A stretch of 35,372 nt of DNA from Yuukianura sp. NJ FZ-2021 (taxonomy: Eukaryota). The translations under genes were made by a program, and so were the position numbers. The notes beneath the pieces are model-generated. The model did not search any database, was not told where the DNA came from, and saw nothing but the letters and a program-made list of their open reading frames with translations. Positions 13,775 to 26,475 of the stretch are shown here, piece by piece. Each line of letters starts with the position of its first letter. Positions within the stretch are counted from its first letter, which is position 1. Where the stretch lies: contig CM102284.1 in NCBI GenBank assembly GCA_046563655.1, positions 9,300,001-9,335,372 of the forward strand, written 5' to 3'.

Positions 13775-15427
13775 CTATTTGATCTTGATACTCTTCGTCA
13801 AATGTGTCTTGATACCCGTCATCTCTCCATCGTATTTCCTCACTTCTGTTCTCGCTGTTCGAACCTAAAGTCATTTTTAACAACACATTTAATTAATTCG
13901 AAATGAAAAATCGGTGTTTGGTAAGTCCTTACTTGTCCCTTGCGACGAATCGTTGCTTTCCTGTACTTCATTCTGTGCTTCACACGCGGATTGCGTTGGG
14001 CCTTGGACCGAGCAGGGGTTAAACCCTTGTTTTTGGCCATTTCGTAAGTAATTCCTCGTTTTTCTGCTTCAGTAGCCTCTTCCTGTGTCCCCAGATCTTC
14101 ATTGACCCCGATTTCATCGCTGATGGTTTGCGCTTGATGACCGACGGTAGATTTGGTTCCCTTGGTCTTTCGTTTCTGTGGAACAATAAGGTTCCCGTGT
14201 TTCCGGACTTGCGTAACTGCAAGGGTGACCTTGTCAGGATCAAACTGATTCAACTCGTCCAGCAGACGGCGAAACTGCAGAATTCGCTTGATTACTGGAT
14301 GGCCCTTGCAACTTGAAGGATTTGTCGAACGGAGGTACAAGTAGAAGGATATGTTGATGCAGTAGCTGCGGAAATAATCAAAAGAGGTGAAGTTAAACTA
14401 ATTAACATAACGATTAACGAGAGGAAATAATTCATTACTTCAAAATGGTGTGATACTTCGTATGGTAGAATTCCTTGATGAGTTCTTCCGAAGTTGAATC
14501 CAGCAGTTTCTTAATTCCTTTTGCAGCGCTTAGTATTGCTATCCAAATGGAAAATGAAAGTAAGAAATCGAAACTCTATAATATTGGAACAATTACCTTT
14601 GTATTCATCCAGCATGTGAATTACTTCCGGACACTCGCGTTGAACCAATTTCCGCTTCTCAGCAATGGTCATCGACTCAAAATCCAACTTGAGTACTTCA
14701 GTTTTCCCGGATTGAGCATCTTTCTTCCGAGGTTTAGCTTCTTTTGAAGGAATGAACTCACTGAAAGCATCTTCGTCCAACTCAGCTGTCAATCGTTTCT
14801 GGATCTCCTTGGCCTCAAGTTCCTCTTGCTCTGCCAATTCGGCATCACTTCCTTCGAACCCACCAAAGTCTTGGTCAACATAGTCAGTGTTATGGTAAAG
14901 ACGAGCCTTCTTTCCCCAAGCATGACTGTCCGGTACTTGCTCCAAATCATCCCCACCACCCAGAATATCTTCGTCGTCATCTTCTTGTTCATCTTCGTCT
15001 TCCTCTGAGTCTAAATGGACTCCTTCTTCTTCATCCGATGAAACGTCAAGACCAAATACTTCCTATAAAAATCAAAAGTTAGATCTGCGCAGTTGAAGAT
15101 TTCCAAATCAAAAATGAAAATGACCTTCTCTTCGTCTGACTCTTGATCCCGGTGTCGCTTGTTGGATTTAGCTTTCGGTTTGAGCGACTCTTCCTTGTAA
15201 GCATTGTAACTGTCAATCTCATCGTCAAGCAGCGCTTCCAGATTGGATTCCAACTGCTCATCATCTGAAGATACCACGTCCTTCCAAATGTCAATTCCCT
15301 TCTTTGGCTTCCTGAATCCACCCTTCCTAAAGACAAAGTAAATCAATTAACTCCAATTTCCAATTAGGAATCTAAGAATACAGGTAACAAATCATTAATC
15401 AATTGAAACAGCTTACTTTTTCCCCAT
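13775..15427 (-). CDS. UTP3: Something about silencing protein 10 (U3 snoRNP/SSU processome), multi-exon
   Basis: [13 protein letters not shown], YCINIx[55 protein letters not shown]-terminal [15 protein letters not shown]. Confidence 0.95.
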
Positions 15428-16249
15428 TTTCAATTCGAAGGATCACAACCTAAGGGTTTCGATTAATAATTACACTAGTAATTAATTAGTAAACTTGAAT
15501 TTGTTAACGTTTTTCACAAATTTAACATTTAGAACCACGTTTTGTGTGTTGAGTTGAGTCGTTGAGTGCAAAACTTATTGAAAAAACATAAAATTGTCAA
15601 AGCCCGCCTTAAAATTTTTGAATTTGAATTCAGTGTCTCATTGGATATTTTGGGCGCAACATATTTGAAACAGTAAGAAAAATTCACTAATAGAAGCTTG
15701 TTGTTCAGTTATAAAATTTAATTAATTGATAATTTTAATTACAATTTTTTTAATTACGTTTGTTAACATACATGTCTCATTAACTAACTTCATTCACATG
15801 TACTAAAATCCGATTCATTTATACATTTTCACAAGAATATCCGATTTCTCCGAGGATTAGTGGCACCCTCCAACTGTTTCTCTCATGACAACAAATTTTG
15901 GTGCGGATTTAGTAGGAGATTACGTGGTTATTGCCCGTAGGCCATAAATTAACTGTCGATTACTCCAAACATTGTTCTTTTGAAGCCGCTTCCAGTCACT
16001 ATCTCTGGAACAACTCCATTGACATGCTGTGACACTCTGTCACTGTCACGATTTCCACGTCACTTCCTCATTCGCCACTCCGTCGGTAAGCTCATTTCCA
16101 TTAACCGCAGAACAGATGGACCGGTATATTTGACAGTTGGCATTGACACTAATCTTAAGTTTGAATTTGTAGGTCGGAGTTCTCTGAATCCCGTACTGCC
16201 AAGCATTCGGCGTTAATTGGTGTCCGATTTGAGCTTATCGCTAGGCAGG

Positions 16250-18631
16250 ATGAACCCTGTGGCCTGGAAGAGGTCTCGCCTCTTCAAACTCTCTCTCGTT
16301 GCATCCATTGTAATCTTAACAGTATACCTTTTCTTCCGAACATCACCTCAACTGGACAGATCCCCATATGCAGAGCACAGGAGAGGCGAAGATACTGCTC
16401 AAGCTCAGCACTTAATAGTAAGTATTCATCATCTTCTTATACTGTCTGTGTAAGGGTACTTCCTGTTTATTGTTCTTGTAGGACTAAAACGTAAATGAAT
16501 CGATTGGTTACAGGCTAAGAGAGAAGTTCCTTTTCTGACCCCTGGAAAACTGGGTAACTTTGAGCCACCGGAAGAAATAGTAGGCGATGGACCGGGTGAA
16601 GGAGGGAAAGCATACGAACTGCCACCTCACAAGAAGAATGAAGGTGAAGAGTCCATGGGCAACTACGGCATGAACATGGCCGTGTCAGATGCCATTTCAC
16701 TGGAAAGAGCAATTCCTGACACGAGAGTAGAAGAGTGCAAGTACTGGAACTACCCAGAGCACATGAACCTCAAAGCCAGTGTTGTCATTGTCTTTCACAA
16801 CGAAGGGTGGTCCACTCTACTCCGAAATGTCCACACTATCCTCAAGAGAACTCCTCCCGAACTACTCGCCGAGATTCTACTCGTTGACGATTTCAGTGAT
16901 AAAGGTAAGACCAAAGTACTTATACTGCGACAGTACTTTTTCAACTCTTTTTTTTTAACCAGAGAACTTGAAGACTGATCTGGACGACTACATTCGTCGT
17001 TTCAATGGGAAAGTTCGCCTTATTCGAAATGCGGAGAGAGAAGGACTAATTCGGACTCGGACGAGGGGAGCCGAAGAGGCGCGAGGAGACGTCGTCGTTT
17101 TTCTGGATGCTCATTGCGAAGTAAATCGTAACTGGCTCCCTCCACTTCTCGCCCCAATCTACAAAGACAGAAGAACCATGACTGTCCCTGTTATTGACGG
17201 AGTAGACCACAACAACTTCCAGTATCGACCAGTTTACTCTCCTGGAACCAACTTCCGAGGAATCTTCGAGTGGGGAATGTATTACAAGGAAACTGAAATC
17301 CCCGCTGACATGGAGGCTCAACGACCACACAAATCAGCACCATACAAGTAACAATCCTCTATTTTGATCAGCTGATGGAACTTTCCATTCACCAGCTGAT
17401 GGAAATTTCCATTCATCAGCTGAAGGAAATTTCTGATCGGCTGATGGAAATTTCTAACCATTGGTCATCTGATGGAAATCACAGTTTATCTCTTTATGCA
17501 GATCCCCGACGCATGCTGGTGGGCTATTTGCAATTGATCGCCAGTATTTTCTGGAGTTGGGTGCTTATGATCCAGGGTTGTTGGTTTGGTAAGGAATTTG
17601 AGTTACGATTTTGAAATTGAAAATGAAATTACAATTGTTTACCTTTATTTTTTTACGTTTTGCAGGGGTGGTGAGAACTTTGAGTTGAGTTTCAAGATTT
17701 GGCAATGTGGTGGATCGATTGAGTGGGTCCCTTGCAGTCGAGTGGGACACGTCTATCGGGGATTTATGCCTTACAACTTTGGAAAACTAGCTGAAAAAAG
17801 CAAAGGGCCCCTCATCACTATCGTAAGTTGACAATTTGAGTATCGTCTCCAACTCGTTCAATATTGTAAGTGTAGTCTTGTTGTGCAGAACTACAAACGT
17901 GTGATTGAGGTTTGGTTCGATCCGAAGTACAAAGAATACTTCTACACACGAGAGCCCATGGCTCGATTCCTGGACCACGGCGACATTTCCAAGCAGTTGG
18001 CAATCAAGGAGCGACTGCACTGCAAGTCCTTCCAGTGGTTCATGGACAATGTGGCTCCAGACATGCTGCTCAAGTATCCAGAACTCCCACCCAATACGCA
18101 CTGGGTAAACGAAGCAGGAATTTCACTTTGGAATTCAGTTGACGACGTTTGTTGTATTTCAGGGCGAGTTGCGTAACAAGGGGAGTGGGACTTGTCTGGA
18201 CACGATGGGCAAAGCAGCTCCTACGAAAATGGGGCTGTCCGGTTGCCATGGTTTTGGAAACAATCAGGTCCGAATCAACTACAGAAAGAGTCAGGCATGC
18301 GAGCCACCCTCACATGAACACTTTGTAAAAAGGAGTGGACTCTTACTTTTGATTTTGTTTTTAGCTTGTGCGACTCAATTCGGAGGGCCAAATTGGGATT
18401 GGCGAGAGATGTGTTGAGGCTGACACGAGTTCTGTGAAGTTGATCTTCTGTCCAATGGGCAAAGTGGATGGTCCATGGGAATACGACGAGGACACAGGGA
18501 GACTGAAGCACAGTGGGCTGGACAAGTGCTTGGCTGTTCATCCCAACTCCAACTCTCTCATTCTGCGTGACTGCGAAGGGGGCAACACTTACTACCAGTG
18601 GGTCTGGAAGCAACTGGAGTCTCGCTACTGA
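16250..18631 (+). CDS. GALNT7: Polypeptide N-acetylgalactosaminyltransferase, GALNT7/Pgant7-like, multi-exon
   Basis: Type II TM anchor, [21 protein letters not shown] (DxH), [36 protein letters not shown]-terminal ricin lectin repeats. Confidence 0.93.
17369..17480. repeat. Intronic tandem repeat of about 24 bp (CAGCTGATGGAAATTTCCATTCAT), about 5 degenerate copies
   Basis: Recurrent GCTGATGGAA motif within a GALNT intron. Confidence 0.8.
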
Positions 18632-19030
18632 ACTTCCATCCTCTGACCATGACCATGTCATCTCATTCCTCCCTCCTTTGCTTAAGGTTTACTTTGGATT
18701 TTAGTAACTTTTAAAAGAATGATTCTAACGCTAATTAAGTAAGGAAACCTTAAATTCAACATTTTCGTAGACTTAACTTTGTGTGAAGTGAAAAATATTT
18801 AACAATTTCCCCAGAGCCAATCATGAAACATTCCAATTTAAGACCAACTTCTGAACACAATGTACCTAAAAATAAATAATAAACCGTTGTAAACGCCGTA
18901 ACTGCGAAATAAAAAACATGCCGACTTAATTAATTGCCCGGAAACCGGGAAACCGCAGTAAATTATACATAGTTGTAAAAAAAAACTGTCAATACTTTAG
19001 AAACACTAGGAAGTGGCACCTCACCTGACC

Positions 19031-19910
19031 TGACTCTCACCGACTCTCACTGACTCTCACTGACTCTCACTGACTCTCACTGACTCTCACCGCCTCTCAC
19101 TGGTTCTATCCGACTCTCACTGGTTCTATCCGACTCTCACTGGTTCTATCCGACTCTCACTGGTTCTATCCGACTCTCACTGGTTCTATCCGACACTCAC
19201 TGGTTCTAACCGACTCTCACTGACTCTCACCGACTCTCACCGACCCTCACTGACTCTCACCGACTCTCACTGACTCTCACCGCCTCTCACTGGTTCTATC
19301 CGACTCTCACTGGTTCTATCCGACTCTCACTGGTTCTATCCGACTCTCACTGGTTCTATCCGACACTCACTGGTTCTAACCGACTCTCACTGGTTCTAAC
19401 CGTATCTCACTGACTCTCACCGACTCTCCCTGACTCTCACTGGTTCCAACCGACTCTCACTGACTCTCACTGACTCTCACTGGTTCTAACCGACTCTCAC
19501 TGACTCTCACCGACTCTCACTGACTCTCACCGACTCTCACTGACTCTCACCGACTCTCACTGACTCTCACTGACTCTCACTAACTCTCACTGACTCTCAC
19601 CGACTCTCACTGACTCTCACCGACTCTCACTGACTCTCACCGACTCTCACTGACTCTCACCGACTCTCACTGACTCTCACTGACTCTCACTGACTCTCAC
19701 TGGTTCTAACCGACTCTCACTGACTCTCACTGACTCTCACTGGCTCTCACTGGTTCTAACCGACTCTCACTGACTCTCACCGACTCTCACTGACTCTCAC
19801 CGACTCTCACTGACTCTCACCGACTCTCACTGGTTCTAACCGACTCTCACCGACTCTCACTGACTCTCACCGACTCTCACTGACTCTCACTGGTTCTAAT
19901 CGACTCTCAC
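19031..19910. repeat. 10-bp tandem array (YGACTCTCAC with TGGTTCTAWC variants; 20-bp higher-order units), about 88 units
   Basis: Exact 10-nt periodicity throughout. Confidence 0.98.
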
Positions 19911-21473
19911 TTTGGGATTGAACTTTGGGATTGAGCTTTGAGATTGATCTTTTGGATTGAGCTTTGGGATTGTGCTTTGGGATTGAGCTTATGGATTGAG
20001 CTTTGGGATTGAGCTTTGGGATTGATCTTTGGGATTGAGTTTATGGATTGAGCTTTGGGATTGAGCTTAGGGATTGAGCTTAGGGAGTGAGCTTTGGGAT
20101 TGAGCTTTGGGATTGAGCTTAGGGATTGAGCTTAGGGATTGAGCTTTGGGATTGAGCTTTGGGATTGAGCTTTGGGATTGAGCTTAGGGATTGAGCTTAG
20201 GGATTGAGTTTTGGGATTGATCTTTGGGATTGAGCTTATGGATTGAGCTTTGGGATTGAGCTTTGGGATTGAGCTTTGGGATTGAGCTTTGGGATTGATC
20301 TTTGGGATTGAGCTTATGGATTGAGCTTTGGGATTGAGCTTTGGGATTGAGCTTTGGGATTGATCTTTGGGATTGAGCTTATGGATTGAGCTTTGGGATT
20401 GAGCTTTGGGATTGATCTTTGGGATTGATCTTTGGGATTGATCTTTGGGATTGATCTTTGGGATTGATCTTTGGGATTGAGCTTTGGGATTGAGCTTTGG
20501 GATTGAGCTTTGGGATTGATCTTTTGGATTGAGCTTTGGGATTGAGCTTTGGGATTGAGCTTAGGGATTGAGCTTAGGGAGTGAGCTTTGGGATTGAGCT
20601 TAGGGATTGAGCTTTGGGATTGAGCTTAGGGATTGAGTTTTGGGATTGATCTTTGGGTTTGAGCTTATGGATTGAGCTTTGGGATTGAGCTTTGGGATTG
20701 ATCTTTGGGATTGAGCTTATGGATTAAGCTTTGGGATTGAGCTTTGGGATTGATCTTTGGGATTGATCTTTGGGATTGAGCTTTTGGATTGAGCTTTGGG
20801 ATTGAGCTTTGGGATTGAGCTTTGGGATTGAGCTTTGGGATTGAGCTTTGGGATTGATCTTTGGGATTGAGCGTATGGATTGAGCTTTGGGATTGAGCTT
20901 AGGGATTGAGCTTAGGGAGTGAGCTTTGGGATTGAGCTTTGGGATTGAGCTTTGGGATTGAGCTTTGGGATTGAGCTTTGGGATTGAGCTTTGGGATTGA
21001 GCTTTGGGATTGATCTTTGGGATTGATCTTTGGGATTGAGCTTTGGGATTGAGCTTTGGGATTGAGCTTTGGGATTGAGCTTTGGGATTGATCTTTGGGA
21101 TTGAGCGTATGGATTGAGCTTTGGGATTGAGCTTAGGGATTGAGCTTAGGGAGTGAGCCTTGGGATTGAGCTTTGGGATTGAGCTTAGGGATTGAGCTTA
21201 GGGAGTGAGCTTTGGGATTGAGCTTAGGGATTGAGCTTTGGGATTGAGCTTAGGGATTGAGCTTAGGGATTGAGTTTTGGGATTGATCTTTGGGATTGAG
21301 CTTATGGATTGAGCTTTGGGATTGAGCTTTGGGATTGAGCTTTGGGATTGATCTTTTGGATTGAGCTTTGGGATTGAGCTTTGGGATTGAGCTTTGGGAT
21401 TGGGCTTTGGGATTGAGCTTAGGGATTGAGCTTATGGATTGAGCTTTGGGATTGAGCTTAGGGATTGAGCTTA

Positions 21474-22049
21474 CCCAACCAGAAACGAAATTTAAATTCA
21501 CGTTTATTTAACATTGGCAATGTGAAAAATGTGTGATGTAAATTGTTAGGGAACTTTGTATTTACAACATTTTTTTAACCTTGGATTAGTAAGTGAAAAT
21601 CACGTTGATACTATCCGTGTTTATAACGAGTTTATAACGCAGCAGTTTACAACTGTTAGCGATAATAAGAAAATAACAGATATATAACGTGATTTTAACG
21701 TTTCGGAGTCGCAACGTTAATTTCACTCCTTTTTCACGTCGCTCCCACAATTCAGTTGCAGCGGCATGAGCATGACTATGAGAAACAGATTAGGAGAATC
21801 CAAGAATATGAGTTTGGAGAGGTGGTGCAGGGCATAGGAGGAAGAGAAAGAGGAGGGAGATAAGGAGAGGGTACGAACCTCCAGTTGGGTGTTCTTTTTT
21901 TTTCACTTTCGCTACCAAAATGCAACGTTATGTTTTCTCACACTCTCAACACTAATTTCACGTGGAAAGCGCGGCCACAAATCACATTAGCGCAACGTTA
22001 CTTGGTAACACAAATAATACGTTGTTTTAACTTCCGATTTCTGGCTGGG
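21474..22049. mobile_element. 576-bp non-autonomous TIR DNA element (MITE-like), copy 1, TA target duplication
   Basis: Ends CCCAACCAGAAA... and ...TTTCTGGCTGGG are imperfect inverted repeats; flanked by TA (21472-73, 22050-51) splitting a satellite unit; many subterminal AACGTT/CACGT motifs; no ORF. Confidence 0.85.
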
Positions 22050-22082
22050 TAGGGATTGAGCTTAGGGATTGAGCTTAGGGAT

Positions 22083-22531
22083 TGTGGGATAACATAAGCT
22101 GTAGAGCCTTCATTTGGTACAGGAGGCACCATGGTCTAGTGGTAACACTAGCTACCTTATTTTTTCCTAACAGAGTGGTGGACCGACCGTTCGCGAACCA
22201 GCGAGGTGGATTTTTCTCGGAGGTCATTCCCACCTTCAATGAGAACTCCACCTTTGCTGACGAGGGCTTCCCTGCGAGCTGAATTGCATATCTGAGTTGA
22301 TTAGGTTAATTGGTGTTTGTTTGTCCCTTTGCCGCATGGTTCGGTTCCCTGTTCCCCTAGGTTAGTGTCAACTCAGTGTGTATTTCTGTCTTGTTGGTTG
22401 AGGCTTTAGCTTCGGGGGCCGAAGCTTAGGCGGCGGGGTCGTGTGGGATAACATAAGCTGTAGAGCCTTCATTTGGTACAGGAGGCACCATGGTCTAGTG
22501 GTAACACTAGCTACCTTATTTTTTCCTAACA
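22083..22531 (+). mobile_element. TRIM (miniature non-autonomous LTR retrotransposon), copy 1; LTRs 22083-22172 and 22442-22531
   Basis: Two apparently identical 90-bp direct repeats with TG...CA ends; 4-bp TSD GGAT (22079-82, 22532-35); PBS-like TGGTGGACC 3 nt after the 5' LTR; G-rich tract before the 3' LTR. Confidence 0.92.
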
Positions 22532-25416
22532 GGATTGATCTTTGGGATTGAGCTTATGGATTGAGCTTTGGGATTGATCTTTGGGATTGATCTTTGGGAT
22601 TGAGCTTATGGATTGAGCTTTGGGATTGAGCTTTGGGATTGAGCTTTGGGATTGATCTTTGGGATTGAGTGTATGGATTGAGCTTTGGGATTGAGCTTAG
22701 GGATTGAGCTTATGGATTGAGCTTTGGGATTGAGCTTTGGGATTGAGCTTTGGGATTGAGCTTAGGGATTGAGCTTATGGATTGAGCTTTGGGATTGAGC
22801 TTTGGGATTGAGCTTTGGGATTGAGCTTTGGGATTGATCTTTGGGATTGAGTGTATGGATTGAGCTTTGGGATTGAGCTTAGGGATTGAGCTTAGGGAGT
22901 GAGCTTTGGGATTGAGCTTTGGGATTGAGCTTAGGGATTGAGCTTAGGGAGTGAGCTTTGGGATTGAGCTTTGGGATTGAGCTTTGGGATTGAGCTTTGG
23001 GATTGATCTTTTGGATTGAGCTTTGGGATTGAGCTTTGGGATTGAGCTTAGGGATTGAGCTTTGGGATTGAGCTTAGGGATTGAGCTTAGGGAGTGAGCT
23101 TTGGGATTGAGCTTAGGGATTGAGCTTTGGGATTGAGCTTAGGGATTGAGCTTAGGGATTGAGTTTTGGGATTGATCTTTGGGTTTGAGCTTATGGATTG
23201 AGCTTTGGGATTGAGCTTTGGGATTGGTCTTTGGGATTGAGCTTATGGATTGAGCTTCGGGATTGAGCTTTGGGATTGATCTTTGGGATTGAGCTTTGGG
23301 ATTGAGCTTAGGGATTGAGCTTAGGGAGTGAGCTTTGGGTTTGAGCTTTGGGATTGAGCTTAGGGATTGAGCTTAGGGATTGAGCTTTGGGATTGAGCTT
23401 AGGGATTGAGCTTTGGGATTGAGCTTTGGGATTGAGCTTTGGGATTGAGCTTAGGGATTGAGCTTAGGGATTGAGCTTAGGGATTGAGTTTTGGGATTGA
23501 TCTTTGGGATTGAGCTTATGGATTGAGCTTTGGGATTGAGCTTTGGGATTGAGCTTTGGGATTGAGCTTTGGGATTGAGCTTTGGGATTAAGCTTAGGGA
23601 TTGAGCTTAGGGAGTGAGCTTTGGGATTGAGCTTTGGGATTGAGCTTAGGGATTGAGGTTTGGGATTGAGCTTATGGATTGAGCTTTGGGATTGAGCTTA
23701 GGGATTGAGCTTTGGGATTGAGCTTAGGGATTGAGCTTAGGGAGTGAGCTTTGGGTTTGAGCTTTGGGATTGAGCTTAGGGATTGAGCTTAGGGATTGAG
23801 CTTAGGGATTGAGTTTTGGGATTGATCTTTGGGTTTGAGCTTATGGATTGAGCTTTGGGATTGAGCTCTGGGATTGATCTTTGGGATTGAGCTTATGGAT
23901 TGAGCTTTGGGATTGAGCTTAGGGATTGAGCTTTGGGATTGAGCTTTGGGATTGAGCTTAGGGATTGAGCTTATGGATTGAGCTTTGGGATTGAGCTTAG
24001 GGATTGAGCTTAGGGAGTGAGCTTTGGGATTGAGCTTTGGGATTGAGCTTAGGGATTGAGCTTAGGGATTGAGCTTTGGGATTGAGCTTTGGGATTGAGC
24101 TTTGGGATTGAGCTTAGGGATTGAGCTTAGGGATTGAGTTTTGGGATTGATCTTTGGGATTGAGCTTATGGATTGAGCTTTGGGATTGAGCTTTGGGATT
24201 GAGCTTTGGGATTGAGCTTTGGGATTGATCTTTGGGATTGAGCTTATGGATTGAGCTTTGGGATTGAGCTTTGGGATTGAGCTTTGGGATTGATCTTTGG
24301 GATTGAGCTTATGGATTGAGCTTTGGGATTGAGCTTTGGGATTGATCTTTGGGATTGATCTTTGGGATTGATCTTTGGGATTGATCTTTGGGATTGATCT
24401 TTGGGATTGAGCTTTGGGATTGAGCTTTGGGATTGAGCTTTGGGATTGATCTTTTGGATTGAGCTTTGGGATTGAGCTTTGGGATTGAGCTTAGGGATTG
24501 AGCTTAGGGAGTGAGCTTTGGGATTGAGCTTAGGGATTGAGCTTTGGGATTGAGCTTAGGGATTGAGTTTTGGGATTGATCTTTGGGTTTGAGCTTATGG
24601 ATTGAGCTTTGGGATTGAGCTTTGGGATTGATCTTTGGGATTGAGCTTATGGATTAAGCTTTGGGATTGAGCTTTGGGATTGATCTTTGGGATTGATCTT
24701 TGGGATTGAGCTTTTGGATTGAGCTTTGGGATTGAGCTTTGGGATTGAGCTTTGGGATTGAGCTTTGGGATTGAGCTTTGGGATTGAGCTTTGGGATTGA
24801 TCTTTGGGATTGAGCGTATGGATTGAGCTTTGGGATTGAGCTTAGGGATTGAGCTTAGGGAGTGAGCTTTGGGATTGAGCTTTGGGATTGAGCTTTGGGA
24901 TTGAGCTTTGGGATTGAGCTTTGGGATTGAGCTTTGGGATTGAGCTTTGGGATTGATCTTTGGGATTGATCTTTGGGATTGAGCTTTGGGATTGAGCTTT
25001 GGGATTGAGCTTTGGGATTGAGCTTTGGGATTGATCTTTGGGATTGAGCGTATGGATTGAGCTTTGGGATTGAGCTTAGGGATTGAGCTTAGGGAGTGAG
25101 CCTTGGGATTGAGCTTTGGGATTGAGCTTAGGGATTGAGCTTAGGGAGTGAGCTTTGGGATTGAGCTTAGGGATTGAGCTTTGGGATTGAGCTTAGGGAT
25201 TGAGCTTAGGGATTGAGTTTTGGGATTGATCTTTGGGATTGAGCTTATGGATTGAGCTTTGGGATTGAGCTTTGGGATTGAGCTTTGGGATTGATCTTTT
25301 GGATTGAGCTTTGGGATTGAGCTTTGGGATTGAGCTTTGGGATTGGGCTTTGGGATTGAGCTTAGGGATTGAGCTTATGGATTGAGCTTTGGGATTGAGC
25401 TTAGGGATTGAGCTTA

Positions 25417-25992
25417 CCCAACCAGAAACGAAATTTAAATTCACGTTTATTTAACATTGGCAATGTGAAAAATGTGTGATGTAAATTGTTAGGGAACTTT
25501 GTATTTACAACATTTTTTTAACCTTGGATTAGTAAGTGAAAATCACGTTGATACTATCCGTGTTTATAACGAGTTTATAACGCAGCAGTTTACAACTGTT
25601 AGCGATAATAAGAAAATAACAGATATATAACGTGATTTTAACGTTTCGGAGTCGCAACGTTAATTTCACTCCTTTTTCACGTCGCTCCCACAATTCAGTT
25701 GCAGCGGCATGAGCATGACTATGAGAAACAGATTAGGAGAATCCAAGAATATGAGTTTGGAGAGGTGGTGCAGGGCATAGGAGGAAGAGAAAGAGGAGGG
25801 AGATAAGGAGAGGGTACGAACCTCCAGTTGGGTGTTCTTTTTTTTTCACTTTCGCTACCAAAATGCAACGTTATGTTTTCTCACACTCTCAACACTAATT
25901 TCACGTGGAAAGCGCGGCCACAAATCACATTAGCGCAACGTTACTTGGTAACACAAATAATACGTTGTTTTAACTTCCGATTTCTGGCTGGG
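25417..25992. mobile_element. 576-bp TIR element, copy 2
   Basis: Same sequence and flanks as 21474-22049, offset 3943. Confidence 0.85.
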
Positions 25993-26025
25993 TAGGGATT
26001 GAGCTTAGGGATTGAGCTTAGGGAT

Positions 26026-26475
26026 TGTGGGATAACATAAGCTGTAGAGCCTTCATTTGGTACAGGAGGCACCATGGTCTAGTGGTAACACTAGCTACCT
26101 TATTTTTTCCTAACAGAGTGGTGGACCGACCGTTCGCGAACCAGCGAGGTGGATTTTTTCTCGGAGGTCATTCCCACCTTCAATGAGAACTCCACCTTTG
26201 CTGACGAGGGCTTCCCTGCGAGCTGAATTGCATATCTGAGTTGATTAGGTTAATTGGTGTTTGTTTGTCCCTTTGCCGCATGGTTCGGTTCCCTGTTCCC
26301 CTAGGTTAGTGTCAACTCAGTGTGTATTTCTGTCTTGTTGGTTGAGGCTTTAGCTTCGGGGGCCGAAGCTTAGGCGGCGGGGTCGTGTGGGATAACATAA
26401 GCTGTAGAGCCTTCATTTGGTACAGGAGGCACCATGGTCTAGTGGTAACACTAGCTACCTTATTTTTTCCTAACA
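26026..26475 (+). mobile_element. TRIM copy 2; LTRs 26026-26115 and 26386-26475
   Basis: Same as copy 1 with the same GGAT TSD; 1 nt longer, apparently in an internal T run. Confidence 0.92.

Noticed and set aside
21250-21501. 83-aa ORF (also 25193-25444) and 66-aa ORF 22082-22282
   Set aside because: Translations of the satellite or non-coding TRIM; the 66-aa ORF is not preserved in copy 2.
22136-22153. Twister-like TAACACTAGC motif in the LTR
   Set aside because: Its partner strand closes a simple 4-nt loop, leaving no room for P1/T1; a covariance-model search would be needed to revive it.
22252-22295. Hammerhead ribozyme (retrozyme) in the TRIM: CTGACGA followed by a GGG-CTT-CCC stem
   Set aside because: The required GAAA after stem II is missing (TGCGA instead) and no convincing stems I/III were found.
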